DNA of 64,000 bases, taken from NCBI GenBank assembly GCA_044070495.1, contig JBIPSI010000027.1, positions 1 through 64,000 on the forward strand, in the 5' to 3' direction. Both the position numbers and the translations under genes were made by a program. Below are positions 20,139 to 30,042 of this stretch, piece by piece; within the stretch, counting starts at the first letter, position 1; each line of letters opens with the position of its first letter. Below the pieces are notes generated by a model, which was given only the letters and a program-made list of their open reading frames with translations, was not told the DNA's origin and made no database searches. Origin of the DNA: Spirulina sp. GTDB lineage: Bacteria; Cyanobacteriota; Cyanobacteriia; Phormidesmidales; Phormidesmidaceae.

Positions 20139-22025
20139 ATGAAATTTTCTTGGCGAGTTGTCCTACTCTGGACCCTGCCGCTTTTGGTTGTAGGGTTCTT
20201 TCTGTGGCAAGGGGCCTTTGCTGGCGCTCCTGCCGATATGGGTCGCAACGCGGCCAGCACCCGCATGACCTATGGCCGCTTTCTAGACTATCTGGATGCT
20301 GGACGGGTGACAGCGGTGGATCTCTACGACGGGGGCCGCACCGCTATTATCGAAGCGGTGGATCCTGAGCTAGACAATCGCCTACAGCGCTGGCGGGTGG
20401 ATCTCCCCGGCAACTCCCCTGAATTGGTCAGTCGTCTGCGGGAGTCCAACATCAGCCTAGATTCCCACCCCCCCCGCAACGATGGGGCGTTGGTGGGTGC
20501 CCTGGGCAATCTGCTATTCCCCCTGCTATTGATTGGTGGATTGTTCTTTTTGTTCCGTCGCTCCGGTGGTGGTGCGGGTGGCCCTGGCCAAGCCATGAGC
20601 TTTGGTAAGTCTAAGGCCCGCTTCATGATGGAAGCCAAGACCGGGGTGATGTTCGATGACGTGGCCGGGATTGACGAAGCCAAGGAAGAATTGCAAGAAG
20701 TCGTCACCTTCCTGAAAAAGCCTGAGCGCTTCACCGCCATCGGTGCCCGCATTCCCAAGGGCGTGCTGCTGGTTGGCCCTCCCGGAACCGGAAAAACCCT
20801 GCTGGCTAAGGCTATCGCTGGGGAAGCTGGGGTGCCCTTCTTCTCCATCTCCGGTTCTGAGTTTGTGGAAATGTTCGTCGGGGTAGGGGCCTCCCGCGTC
20901 CGCGACCTGTTCAAAAAAGCTAAGGACAACGCCCCCTGCATCATCTTTATTGATGAAATTGATGCCGTGGGTCGTCAGCGGGGCGCAGGCATCGGCGGCG
21001 GCAACGACGAGCGGGAACAAACCCTCAACCAATTGCTGACCGAAATGGACGGCTTTGAGGGCAACACTGGGATTATTATTATCGCCGCCACCAACCGCGT
21101 CGATGTGCTAGATTCCGCCCTGCTGCGTCCCGGTCGCTTCGACCGTCAGGTGATGGTGGATCCCCCGGATATCAAAGGTCGGGTGGAAATTCTGGAAGTC
21201 CACGCCCGCAACAAAAAGCTGGCCGAGGAAATCTCCCTGGAGGCCATCGCCCGCCGCACCCCTGGCTTTACTGGGGCCGATCTGGCGAACCTGCTCAACG
21301 AAGCCGCCATCCTCACCGCCCGCCGCCGCAAAGAAGCCATGACCATGGCCGAGGTGGATGACGCCGTAGACCGGGTGATTGCCGGAATGGAAGGCACCCC
21401 CCTGGTAGATAGCAAGAGCAAGCGCCTGATTGCTTATCACGAAGTGGGCCATGCCATCGTGGGTACGCTGGTCAAAGATCACGACCCCGTGCAGAAAGTC
21501 ACCCTAATTCCTCGCGGACAGGCCCAGGGTCTCACCTGGTTTACCCCCAGCGAAGATCAAATGCTGATCTCCCGCGCCCAAATCCTGGCCCGCATCACCG
21601 GAGCCTTGGGGGGGCGTGCCGCTGAGGATGTGATTTTTGGCGATGCCGAAGTGACCACCGGAGCCGGAAACGACCTCCAGCAGGTGTCTAACATGGCCCG
21701 TCAGATGGTCACCCGCTTCGGGATGTCCGACCTGGGGCCGCTGTCCTTGGAAAGCTCCCAGGGCGAAGTGTTCCTCGGTCGTGATTGGCTTTCCCGCTCG
21801 GAATACTCCGAGGAAGTGTCCTCCCGCATTGACGCCCAGGTGCGTGTCATCGTAGACCAGTGCTATGAAGACGCCAAACGCATCATGCGCGACAACCGAG
21901 CGCTGATCGACCGCCTAGTGGATCTGCTGGTGGAACGGGAAACCATCGATGGCGACGAATTCCGCCAAATCGTCTCGGAATACACCGTCGTTCCTGACAA
22001 GCAGCAGTTTGTGCCCCAACTGTAG
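20139..22025 (+). CDS. ftsH2: ATP-dependent zinc metalloprotease FtsH2
   Basis: MKFSWR N-terminus, GPPGTGKT Walker A, HEVGH zinc motif. Confidence 0.95.
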   Translation: MKFSWRVVLLWTLPLLVVGFFLWQGAFAGAPADMGRNAASTRMTYGRFLDYLDAGRVTAVDLYDGGRTAIIEAVDPELDNRLQRWRVDLPGNSPELVSRLRESNISLDSHPPRNDGALVGALGNLLFPLLLIGGLFFLFRRSGGGAGGPGQAMSFGKSKARFMMEAKTGVMFDDVAGIDEAKEELQEVVTFLKKPERFTAIGARIPKGVLLVGPPGTGKTLLAKAIAGEAGVPFFSISGSEFVEMFVGVGASRVRDLFKKAKDNAPCIIFIDEIDAVGRQRGAGIGGGNDEREQTLNQLLTEMDGFEGNTGIIIIAATNRVDVLDSALLRPGRFDRQVMVDPPDIKGRVEILEVHARNKKLAEEISLEAIARRTPGFTGADLANLLNEAAILTARRRKEAMTMAEVDDAVDRVIAGMEGTPLVDSKSKRLIAYHEVGHAIVGTLVKDHDPVQKVTLIPRGQAQGLTWFTPSEDQMLISRAQILARITGALGGRAAEDVIFGDAEVTTGAGNDLQQVSNMARQMVTRFGMSDLGPLSLESSQGEVFLGRDWLSRSEYSEEVSSRIDAQVRVIVDQCYEDAKRIMRDNRALIDRLVDLLVERETIDGDEFRQIVSEYTVVPDKQQFVPQL

Positions 22026-22076
22026 GGTATCTAGGCTGACTCGGTAAGGCATACCCAGTAAGGCCGATTAATCACT

Positions 22077-22109
22077 AGAAAGGCTCGTCTACCCAGGCGG
22101 GCCTTTTCT
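22077..22109 (+). terminator. Intrinsic terminator after ftsH2
   Basis: AAGGCTCGTCT..AGGCGGGCCTT hairpin followed by T residues. Confidence 0.7.
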
Positions 22110-22183
22110 ATGAAGGCTTTTTAGCATTGTGTCAGGCAGATAGCCTTCAGCCTCTTATCGGAAAGGATGGTTATGGGCCATCG

Positions 22184-22210
22184 GTAGGAGCGAGGAGTTC
22201 TCGTCCCTAC
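22184..22210. repeat. GTAG-type REP
   Basis: GTAGGAGCGAG..CTCGTCCCTAC; a related copy lies at about 60598-60620. Confidence 0.55.
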
Positions 22211-22444
22211 CGACGGCTGTACGGGTTAGGAATCGTGTGTATGAAGTTCAGAATTGCCTCAAAGAGCGACTTCCATTGCAGTTCATGGGATCACGATGTG
22301 GTGGGCCGCAGCATCTCTAACAAGCCTTCATATATAAAGAAATGTTAACAGCCACTTAAGCTTTCCTATACTTTTGTTGCGCCACGTTGAGAAATCCCCG
22401 GCACCTAGACCAAGCTAAGGATAGTTATTTTCCCTGAGAAAGCC

Positions 22445-22888
22445 ATGTTCTCCCAACTCTCCCTAGCGCCTCGGTACCGCCTGGATGATGAGTCTGCCTG
22501 GTTGCAAGGCATTGATCCCTTGCGGCGCTACTGGGTGATGGTGAATGGCGAAGAAACCCTGGTGCGTCGGCTTCCTGGCCTCAGTACCCAGAACTTTGAC
22601 AACTTCAAGCAGGCCATTCGCGGCTTTCGGTCGTTGGATATTGGCCAAGAACTGACTTTGCCCGCCGAACTGGGCGAACAGTTGACCATCTTTTGCGTTG
22701 CGGAAAACACTTACGCCGTCGCCGATCATTCCTCTGCCCCGGTATGGCACCTGTTTGATCGAGAATCCCTCGAATCGCTTCTGATGACGGCCCATCCCGA
22801 CTGGCAATGTGCGTCCCAACATTTGCTTCTAGGGCAATCTGTTCTTACCGCCGCCTGGGGGCAACCTGTCGCGGCCAAAGCTGCCTAA
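22445..22888 (+). CDS. Conserved cyanobacterial hypothetical protein
   Basis: APRYRLDDE..WL.GIDPLRRYW and ESLLMTAHPDWQC motifs. Confidence 0.75.
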   Translation: MFSQLSLAPRYRLDDESAWLQGIDPLRRYWVMVNGEETLVRRLPGLSTQNFDNFKQAIRGFRSLDIGQELTLPAELGEQLTIFCVAENTYAVADHSSAPVWHLFDRESLESLLMTAHPDWQCASQHLLLGQSVLTAAWGQPVAAKAA

Positions 22889-22931
22889 GCCTCTAAATCT
22901 TAAGATTCCAGGATTATCCCACGATCCCAGG

Positions 22932-23044
22932 GTTCTACTGGGCCTTAGCCTAGGGCTATTGCACTGGCGTAAGCGACTATCGACCGGGAACGCAACCAAC
23001 TCGCCGCGTTCTACTGGGCCTTAGCCTAGGGCTATTGCACTGGC
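22932..23044. CRISPR. Orphan CRISPR-like repeat-spacer-repeat unit (37/39/37 bp) inside a REP-like hairpin
   Basis: GTTCTACTGGGCCTTAGCCTAGGGCTATTGCACTGGC is identical at 22932-22968 and 23008-23044. No cas genes occur in the window. Confidence 0.45.
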
Positions 23045-23078
23045 CCAAGAACCCTGGGACTAACTACGTATAAGCAAC

Positions 23079-23474
23079 CTATCCCCGGTTAAATTGCAGT
23101 AACTCTTGCAGAGAGGCCAGCAGTTTAATTTCGGTGCGTTGAATGTGGTCGGCGGTGGAAATGTCAAAAATCCATTGCACATTCACGGTAAAGAGGGGTG
23201 TTTTGACGCGACCCTTCACTGTCACTTGGCGACCACTATCAATGGGTTGCGTGTGGCTTTCTTTCGGGATTGCCCGCATTCCAGCCGCTTCCTGGGCTAG
23301 GTAGGTGGCAATGGCGGGTGGCCCCACAATGGCTTCCTCGAAGGGTGGGCATAGGCAACCTTCATCGCTGAATAGCGTGGCCACAGCGGCGTAGTTGCCC
23401 TGGTTGAAATGCTGGAAATAGCGCTCCGTAACCGGGTCTAGGGTGGGGGTAGTTTGGGAAAGGGTTTGAACCAT
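23079..23474 (-). CDS. NTF2-like OCP C-terminal domain homolog (CTDH)
   Basis: YFQHFNQG..LF..PPFE..G.VKTPLFTVNV.W..LLASLQELL; adjacent to an HCP gene. Confidence 0.88.
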   Translation of the reverse strand: MVQTLSQTTPTLDPVTERYFQHFNQGNYAAVATLFSDEGCLCPPFEEAIVGPPAIATYLAQEAAGMRAIPKESHTQPIDSGRQVTVKGRVKTPLFTVNVQWIFDISTADHIQRTEIKLLASLQELLQFNRG

Positions 23475-23519
23475 GGGGAGTAGGGGGTTGGGGGATGAAC
23501 TGAGACAGGGTGTAGGGTG

Positions 23520-23640
23520 GGAAGGTGCAAGGTGGGGGGGGTGAAGGTGGGAGGGGTGAAGGGGGGAGGGGTGAAGGTGGGAGGGGTGAAGGTGGGAAGG
23601 TTGAAGGTGGGGGGGGTGAAGGTGGGAGGGGTGAAGGTGC
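23520..23640. repeat. 15-bp G-rich tandem repeat (about 8 copies)
   Basis: GGGGTGAAGGTGGGA-like units in the HCP-CTDH intergenic region. Confidence 0.85.
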
Positions 23641-23747
23641 TCTGTATTGCCTAGATATGAAAAAGGGATGGCTACCCTGTTGGAGGCCGTGGGGCGCTCT
23701 CGGATAACCATCCCAATGTCACAATTTAGCCATCATAGGCTAGGAAA

Positions 23748-24245
23748 CTAGGCCAGAGGATCGACGCCCATGGTGACGACGGACTGGCGCATGATGGTGA
23801 TTTGCTGGTTGAAGTCGAGCTTGGAGATTTGGCCAAAGACGGTTTGACCGTCGGCCCCTAGCTTGTAGGTGATGGGAACAGGAACGACGGTTCCGGCACG
23901 CATTTCTTCCGCCAGTTGGAACCAGAAGGCCAGCTTGGTGTTGTTGGTCAACACGCCGTAGGCACGGGTGAGGGGGGTGCTGGTGCGGTTCACCAGGTCA
24001 CGCATGAACTGGAGTTGTTCGTTGTGGGACAGCGCCTTCACTTGGGCGAGTAGTCCCTCAGCAAACTGAAGACGGGCAGCCCCAGGAGCGGCGGGCGTAA
24101 TCGAACGGCCCATGTTGTCGTACAGAACCCAGAGCAGGCCGAGTTGCTCATCGGTGGTCAAGCCTTTGAAGGCAGAAATCGCGTTCGATACCGGAGCGGC
24201 CAAGCCAGCGGAAACGGTAGCAGGAGCGTTGAGTGTGTAGGTCAT
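23748..24245 (-). CDS. Helical carotenoid protein (OCP N-terminal domain homolog)
   Basis: QLGLLW..MG.SITPAAPGAA, NTKLAFWFQL and QQIT..MGVDP motifs. Confidence 0.92.
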   Translation of the reverse strand: MTYTLNAPATVSAGLAAPVSNAISAFKGLTTDEQLGLLWVLYDNMGRSITPAAPGAARLQFAEGLLAQVKALSHNEQLQFMRDLVNRTSTPLTRAYGVLTNNTKLAFWFQLAEEMRAGTVVPVPITYKLGADGQTVFGQISKLDFNQQITIMRQSVVTMGVDPLA

Positions 24246-24556
24246 GGGGACCTCCATGTAATGAGTGGTGAGCCTTCACAAGTACTAAAGTAACAAAATA
24301 TTACGTTTCGTGTAACGAATAATCATTCACAAAGCTTATGTGCATGGTGGGGTTGACTCAATGTATCAATTCTGTCGAATGGCTCTGTTCCTTTGTGGGT
24401 AAAGCTTTCGGCTGTTTGCAGAACCCAGGGCTTGATGAGTATTATTGCTTATTTCGACGAAATTCTCTGGGGTAAAGGAATGGGGTAGCATGGCACAGGG
24501 CCGGTTGCTGTCTTTCCCCGGCTGCTGTTTTTCCCGGCCATACATCGGATAAATCT

Positions 24557-24997
24557 ATGTTGACCTCCTCCGACGGACTCTCTTTGGCAAATCAGTATGG
24601 GGATCGCGCCATTGCCCAAACCCGCGAAGCCCCGCTGGAAAAATGGCCTAGCCCCAGCCAAAACCGCTATACCATCCACCTAGAACACCCGGAATTCACG
24701 GCCCTCTGCCCTCGCTCAGGCTATCCCGACTTTGGCACCATTGTGGTGGACTACTGCCCCGGCGAATGGGTGGTGGAACTGAAGGCTTTTAAGCTGTTCA
24801 TCAATGCCTTCCGTAACGAGCGCATTAGCCACGAGGCCGTCACCAACGCCATCCTCGACCGTCTCTGGGAGGAACTAGCGCCCCAGGGCATTCGCGTGAT
24901 TGGGGATTTCACCCGTCGCGGCGGCGTCAAAACGGTGATTACCGTCAAAAAAGGGGACTGCGGCGACTTCGATCCCTACCAGGCCAATCCCCTTTAA
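24557..24997 (+). CDS. queF: preQ0 reductase
   Basis: PEFTALCP.SGYPDFG, VELKAFKL and SHE motifs. Confidence 0.95.
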   Translation: MLTSSDGLSLANQYGDRAIAQTREAPLEKWPSPSQNRYTIHLEHPEFTALCPRSGYPDFGTIVVDYCPGEWVVELKAFKLFINAFRNERISHEAVTNAILDRLWEELAPQGIRVIGDFTRRGGVKTVITVKKGDCGDFDPYQANPL

Positions 24998-25025
24998 TTT
25001 CCAAATCACAGCACCAGACAGGATC

Positions 25026-25496
25026 CTACGGATGTTTGGGGCAGAGGCCGAATTCTTGCAGGGCGGGCAGAAAATTGTGGTTTTCGTGGCTGGGGCGGCT
25101 GAGCTTAATCAGCGCAAACCGCTGTAGGGGGCTAAGTTGCTGCCACTGTGGCAAGGTCAAAGGACAATCTACCTCCTCAGACCGCTGCTGAACGGTTGGG
25201 GGGATGGTGCCTGCCTGCATCCAGGGAGGATTGGGATCCACATCCAGGGTTTTGAGGGGGCCGTTGTGGTGCTGGACGATCAGGGTCGCTAGCCTGTCTC
25301 GGTAAGTGGTGATGGTGTCTGGCGAATCGCAGGGCTGCTCTATAAGCTGCTGCCGTTCCGCCCGGTCAAACTGATTCCACTGGGCTAAGGAAAGCTTGAT
25401 GCCGCAGGTATCTAACTTCATCCGCACCCCCATGGGCACGCAGTGCAAGGTATCGGCGAAGTCTAATTCAAACTGAAAGAGCGTGTGGTCAGTCAT
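25026..25496 (-). CDS. narM: Nitrate reductase-associated protein
   Basis: FQFE.DF..L.CVPM.VRMKLD.CGIKL..LQRFALIKLSRPSHEN.NF; start at ATG 25496. Confidence 0.88.
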   Translation of the reverse strand: MTDHTLFQFELDFADTLHCVPMGVRMKLDTCGIKLSLAQWNQFDRAERQQLIEQPCDSPDTITTYRDRLATLIVQHHNGPLKTLDVDPNPPWMQAGTIPPTVQQRSEEVDCPLTLPQWQQLSPLQRFALIKLSRPSHENHNFLPALQEFGLCPKHP

Positions 25497-25605
25497 GGGT
25501 CGCCCACCTTGGGGAACGATTGCGGCTATGGGGATCTCATCACTGGATCGGTAACGCAGGGGATTGAGGTACCTGAGATCTGCGGTTGTCTCCCTTCCCC
25601 ATGGC

Positions 25606-26922
25606 CTAGCGGGCCTGCACCTGGAGTTGATAATACTGGCCATTGTGGGTGACCAGCAGAGGATCGGTGGAATGATTGGGTTGGACGGGGGTGGGGCGAG
25701 GATTAGCGGCGGGGGGCGGCACTGGGGTCAAAATAATGCGATCCACCTGGGCACCCCTGGGCAGGGTGAAGACTTGGGCGAGACGGCTGTCTTGCTCTAG
25801 TTGGTCGGTGAGGGAAACCAGGGTGCCGAGGCCGTTGATCAGGTTGCGGATGTTGTTACGCAGGGCTGGGTCTCCCGTGAGTTCGTCCACATCGGCAATG
25901 ACCTTTTGGGCACTTTGGAAAACGATACGCGCCGAGTCTAGGGTCTGTTGCAGCATGACCAGGTTTTCGGGGGTGTTGGCGGCGGCGGTGAGGGCGCGAA
26001 TATCGGCCACGGCGTCACTGGCATCGGTGGAGAGGCGGTTGAGGTTGGCGATGAACTGGCTATCTTGCACCTCTGGGGCCAGGGTGGCCATGATGGTTTC
26101 GAGGTGGGCGCTACTGCGGCTGAGGCTGTCGAGGGTGGTCACCAGGCTGCTGCGGTTGCGGTTGATCAGGCCGTTGACCTCGCTGCCGGTGATTTCAAAC
26201 TGGTTGGCCGCCGAGCTAACCGCCGTGGCGGTATTGCCAATTTCGGTGAGGGTGCCGTCTAGATTATCGGTGGCGCGGTTGGCCGAGGCCATCAATGGCC
26301 CTAGGTCGGATTGCACCTGCTGAGTCAGGCGGGTTAACTCCTCGGAGAGCGCCGTGGCGTTGGCAGTAAATGCTGAGGTATTTTGCAGGGTGAGGTTGAG
26401 ATTGGCGGTCAGTTGTGGGTCGGCAAAGGTTTTCGCGAGATCCTCAGCGGATCGGATCAACGATTCGTAGCTGGCCCCCACCTCACCTAGGCGCTGGTCG
26501 CCATCGCAGAGGATCTGTTCGCTGTTGCAATTGGGTTGAAAGGGCGTGAGGCTGGCCGTAGCCACTTCCAGATTTTGTCGGGGCGTAATGTCCACGGTGG
26601 TTTCGCCAATCAGGCCCGACTGGTTCACGGCAATCAGCGAATCGCTGGGAATCAGCAGGGTGGGTTGGCTAATTTCCACCTCCACTTCCACCTGATTCGA
26701 TCCTGGTCGAATGGCCAGTACGCGCCCCACCCGCACCCCGCGAAAACGCACGGCGGTACCCTCCTGCATCCCCAGGGTGTTGGTGAAGACGAAGGTGGCT
26801 CGGTAGCTTTGCTGTCGGGGGTTATATCCACGCAGCCACAGTACTAGGCCGCCAAATAGGCCAACGGCCAGTAAAATGAGCAACCCGACTGAACCTTCTC
26901 GAATGGCCCGTTCCCGCATCAT
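25606..26922 (-). CDS. mlaD: MlaD/MCE family protein (Ycf22-like)
   Basis: N-terminal TM segment, G..V.FRGV.VG.V, QSGLIGE, coiled-coil tail. Confidence 0.88.
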   Translation of the reverse strand: MMRERAIREGSVGLLILLAVGLFGGLVLWLRGYNPRQQSYRATFVFTNTLGMQEGTAVRFRGVRVGRVLAIRPGSNQVEVEVEISQPTLLIPSDSLIAVNQSGLIGETTVDITPRQNLEVATASLTPFQPNCNSEQILCDGDQRLGEVGASYESLIRSAEDLAKTFADPQLTANLNLTLQNTSAFTANATALSEELTRLTQQVQSDLGPLMASANRATDNLDGTLTEIGNTATAVSSAANQFEITGSEVNGLINRNRSSLVTTLDSLSRSSAHLETIMATLAPEVQDSQFIANLNRLSTDASDAVADIRALTAAANTPENLVMLQQTLDSARIVFQSAQKVIADVDELTGDPALRNNIRNLINGLGTLVSLTDQLEQDSRLAQVFTLPRGAQVDRIILTPVPPPAANPRPTPVQPNHSTDPLLVTHNGQYYQLQVQAR

Positions 26923-26990
26923 CGTTCCTCAGTTCGTCCAACGGTGCGCCCTTGCCCATGGTTTCGATTTACCATGACCGCGCTCTCCAA

Positions 26991-27860
26991 CTATTGCACC
27001 ATCTGAATCGGCCCTTGCACCTGGCCGCTAAAAAACTGACGCACATAGGGATTATCGGTTTCATCAATGGCGGCAATGGGGCCGCTCCACTGAATTTTGC
27101 CACGGTGTAGAAAAATAACCCGGTCGGCGGTGCGGCGGATAGTGCTGTCTTGGTGAGTGACGATGAGATAGGATCCGCAGCCATGGCCCCGCTGGATGTC
27201 GCGAATCAGATCCTCAATGACGGTGGACGCGATGGGATCGAGTCCAGCGGTAGGTTCATCGTACAGCAGTAGGGCAGGCCGATCCTGAGGATTTTCGGGG
27301 TTACTGATGATCGCCCTAGCAAAGCTCACTCGCTTGCGCATCCCCCCCGATAGTTCCGCCGGATAGCGCTTGCCAATGCCCGGAAGCCCCACCATTTCTA
27401 GCACCTCCTCCACCAGTTGCCCAATTTGACGCGGGGGCAGGGTGGAATGTTGGTAGAGCAAAAAACCCACATTTTCTGCCACCGTTAGCGAGTCGAACAG
27501 GGCCGCCTGCTGAAAGACCATGCCGATACCGACCGGATCGTGGGCGTCTTCAATCAAACCTTCCCGCCGTTGACCCGCCACGTAAATCTCCCCCGCATCG
27601 GCGGCTAGCAGCCCTGCAATGATGCGAAGAATGGTTGATTTTCCGGTGCCCGATGGGCCAATGATGGCTACGGCCTCTCCAGGGTATACCGTTAGGTCCA
27701 CCTGATCGAGCACCTGATTGGATCCAAATCGTTTAGAAATGCCGTGCAAATACAGTAGCTCCTGATGCCCACACCCCGCCATGGGTGTCGCGCCTCCTAG
27801 CCTAGGTTGAGCCCCTAGGGGATCCGTGGCATCCGTTGATAGCTCGCGAGGATCATCCAT
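26991..27860 (-). CDS. mlaF: ABC ATP-binding protein, MlaF/Mkl-type
   Basis: GPSGTGKS, LSGGMRKRV and YDEPTAGLDP motifs; next to mlaD. Start uncertain. Confidence 0.88.
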   Translation of the reverse strand: MDDPRELSTDATDPLGAQPRLGGATPMAGCGHQELLYLHGISKRFGSNQVLDQVDLTVYPGEAVAIIGPSGTGKSTILRIIAGLLAADAGEIYVAGQRREGLIEDAHDPVGIGMVFQQAALFDSLTVAENVGFLLYQHSTLPPRQIGQLVEEVLEMVGLPGIGKRYPAELSGGMRKRVSFARAIISNPENPQDRPALLLYDEPTAGLDPIASTVIEDLIRDIQRGHGCGSYLIVTHQDSTIRRTADRVIFLHRGKIQWSGPIAAIDETDNPYVRQFFSGQVQGPIQMVQ

Positions 27861-28151
27861 CGTTTGAACAGCAATAGTTCGGTGCTGGAACCCTGGGATA
27901 GGGTCTCAGGGGAGGGACTGCGGCGGTGTAGAGGCCCCGACCCGCCACGCTGATCGTAGCATCAAACCCCTCAAAGCCACGGCAACCCCCTGCCTCTGGC
28001 TGTTTTCCGGCCCGCGTATGGGGGCATGTCGTCGGGGGACGAGCGATGCGGCCAGGGTGGCTAGGCGGTGGCTTTCGTATCCTACCGTTAAGCGATGCCC
28101 ACCGTGCTGGGGCCACCGAGGGATACTAGAGGAGATAACCTGCCCCTGGCG

Positions 28152-28856
28152 ATGGAAATCAGCCCTGACAGCTTAATTTATTTCGAGCGAGCCCCCCTAG
28201 TGGTCAATGCCACCCTGGTGTTTACCTGGGTCACCATGGCGCTGGTGGTGGTGGGGGCGGCGGTGGTGACCCGACGGTTGACGGTGGTGCCGCCGCTACC
28301 GACCTGGCAAAACCTGCTGGAAATGGTGGTGGAGGGCATCTACGACCAAATTCGTGACATTACCCAACAGGATCCAGAGCCCTACTTTGATTTTGTGGGC
28401 ACCTTGTTTTTGTTCATCGTTACCTCCAATGTGCTGGCGGCGGTGCCTGGTTACCAAGCCCCCACGGGGTCACTGTCTACCACTACGGCCTTGGCAATCT
28501 GCGTGTTTGTGGCGGTGCCCATCTTCGGCATTCGCAGCCAGGGGCTAGGCCGCTACCTCAAAAGCTATTTGGAACCGACACCCATTATGCTGCCGTTCCA
28601 AATTATTGGAGAATTTTCCCGAACTTTGGCCCTGGCGGTGCGGCTCTTTGGCAACATTATGAGCGGCAATTTGCTGGTGGCCATTTTGTTATCCCTAGTG
28701 CCCCTGTTTGTGCCCGTGGTGATGCAGATTTTGGGGCTTGTATTTGGCCTCATCCAAGCCTACGTGTTTGCGGTATTGGCCTTGGTCTATTTGGCATCGG
28801 CCACCGCTGTTCAGCAAGGCCATCCCCGTTCTACCCAGGAGATATCCCATGACTGA
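28152..28856 (+). CDS. atpB: N-ATPase subunit a
   Basis: SRTLALAVRLFGNIMSG and IQAYVF motifs. Confidence 0.93.
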   Translation: MEISPDSLIYFERAPLVVNATLVFTWVTMALVVVGAAVVTRRLTVVPPLPTWQNLLEMVVEGIYDQIRDITQQDPEPYFDFVGTLFLFIVTSNVLAAVPGYQAPTGSLSTTTALAICVFVAVPIFGIRSQGLGRYLKSYLEPTPIMLPFQIIGEFSRTLALAVRLFGNIMSGNLLVAILLSLVPLFVPVVMQILGLVFGLIQAYVFAVLALVYLASATAVQQGHPRSTQEISHD

Positions 28857-29118
28857 TCTCGCGTTAATTGGAGCAGTATCCATCGCCACGGCAGGAATCA
28901 CCATCGCCATTGGAGCCATTGGCCCTGCCATTGGGGAGGGCATGGCCGTGGCCCGCGCATTAGGAGCTATTGCCCAGCAGCCCGATAAAACCAATACCAT
29001 CACCCGTACCCTATTTGTAGGGTTGGCCATGGTAGAATCCACCGCTATTTACTGTCTGGTAGTATCGATGATTTTGCTGTTTGTGAATCCATTCTGGAAC
29101 TACTTTTTGGGGAACTAA
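28849..29118 (+). CDS. atpE: N-ATPase subunit c with Na+-binding motif
   Basis: IGPAIGEG...LAMVESTAIY; start at ATG 28849. Confidence 0.93.
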   Translation: MTDLALIGAVSIATAGITIAIGAIGPAIGEGMAVARALGAIAQQPDKTNTITRTLFVGLAMVESTAIYCLVVSMILLFVNPFWNYFLGN

Positions 29119-29120
29119 CG

Positions 29121-29945
29121 GTGTTAATTAATGGGTTCACGGTGTTTGCCCAAATTGTCAATTTTCTCATCCTAGTAGCGCTGCTGCGCTGGGTGCTCTA
29201 CAAGCCCATTTTTAAGGTCTTAAATCAGCGACAAAAGGGGCTAGAGGAACGCTGGCAAGGGGCAGAACAGCTTCAAATGGAGGCCCAACAGGCGCTCTTG
29301 ACCTATCAACAGCAGCAGCAGGATTTGGTAGACCAGCGGCAGACCCTACTGGCGGCGGCGCGGGCCGAGGCGGAACAGGAACGGCAGCGGCAGATCACCC
29401 AAATTCGCCAGGAGGCCGCTGACCAACGGGCCAATTGGCGGGCGGATCTACACCAGGCCCAGCAGGCTTTTTTGCTCAACCTGCGCCAACAGGTGATGCA
29501 GCAAACCACAGCCATTGCCCGTCGAGCCTTGGCAGACCTGGCCAATGCGGATTTGGAGCGGCAAATGGTGACGGTGTTTTGCGACCATCTGCGCCACCTG
29601 CCCGCTAATCAACACCAAACCCTGACTCAAACCCTGGCCCAAACCCTCGCCGAACCCATCGCAGTACGCAGCAGCTTTGGCCTCGCCACCGACCTCCAAC
29701 AGCAGATAATCGACACCCTCCAGGCCACCTTTGGACAGGTTCCCCCGGTAGAGTTCGCCATCGTTTCCGACCTGATCTGCGGCATTGAACTACGACTAGC
29801 GGGGCAGGAAGTCATCTGGAGCCTCGACACCTACCTCACCACCCTAGAACAACACCTGGCCGCCGCCCTCACCCAAACAGACCTAGCCGAGAAGCCCCTC
29901 ACCAATCCAGGACTCACGACAGAAGATCTGTCCCCACCTTCCTAA
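29121..29945 (+). CDS. atpF: N-ATPase subunit b (extended, delta-like C-terminus)
   Basis: FTVFAQIVNFLIL..LYKP, coiled coil, DLICGIEL..WSLD.YL. Confidence 0.9.
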   Translation: MLINGFTVFAQIVNFLILVALLRWVLYKPIFKVLNQRQKGLEERWQGAEQLQMEAQQALLTYQQQQQDLVDQRQTLLAAARAEAEQERQRQITQIRQEAADQRANWRADLHQAQQAFLLNLRQQVMQQTTAIARRALADLANADLERQMVTVFCDHLRHLPANQHQTLTQTLAQTLAEPIAVRSSFGLATDLQQQIIDTLQATFGQVPPVEFAIVSDLICGIELRLAGQEVIWSLDTYLTTLEQHLAAALTQTDLAEKPLTNPGLTTEDLSPPS

Positions 29946-30005
29946 CCCTCCCAACCTCCCAACCTCCCAACCTCCCAACCTTCTGACCTCCTAACCTTCC
30001 AACCC
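29943..30005. repeat. 8-bp tandem repeat (CTCCCAAC-like)
   Basis: Degenerate tandem copies between atpF and atpA. Confidence 0.75.
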
Positions 30006-30042
30006 CTTAAAACCATCCCCCACCCCAGAGGGAACCCCCGCC

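Noticed and set aside
20324..21482. Long antisense ORFs over ftsH2 (likewise over atpA, dnaE-N, ilvB and ftsI)
   Set aside because: They are expected shadow ORFs of GC-rich coding sequence and show no recognisable motifs.
22932..23044. A functional CRISPR-Cas locus
   Set aside because: There is only one spacer, no cas genes, no evident leader and no canonical GAAAC end. It is kept only as a CRISPR-like insertion.
23475..23711. His/Pro-repeat N-terminal extension of CTDH and the Gly-rich opposite-strand ORF
   Set aside because: Both are translations of the 15-bp tandem repeat; CTDH similarity begins at ATG 23474.
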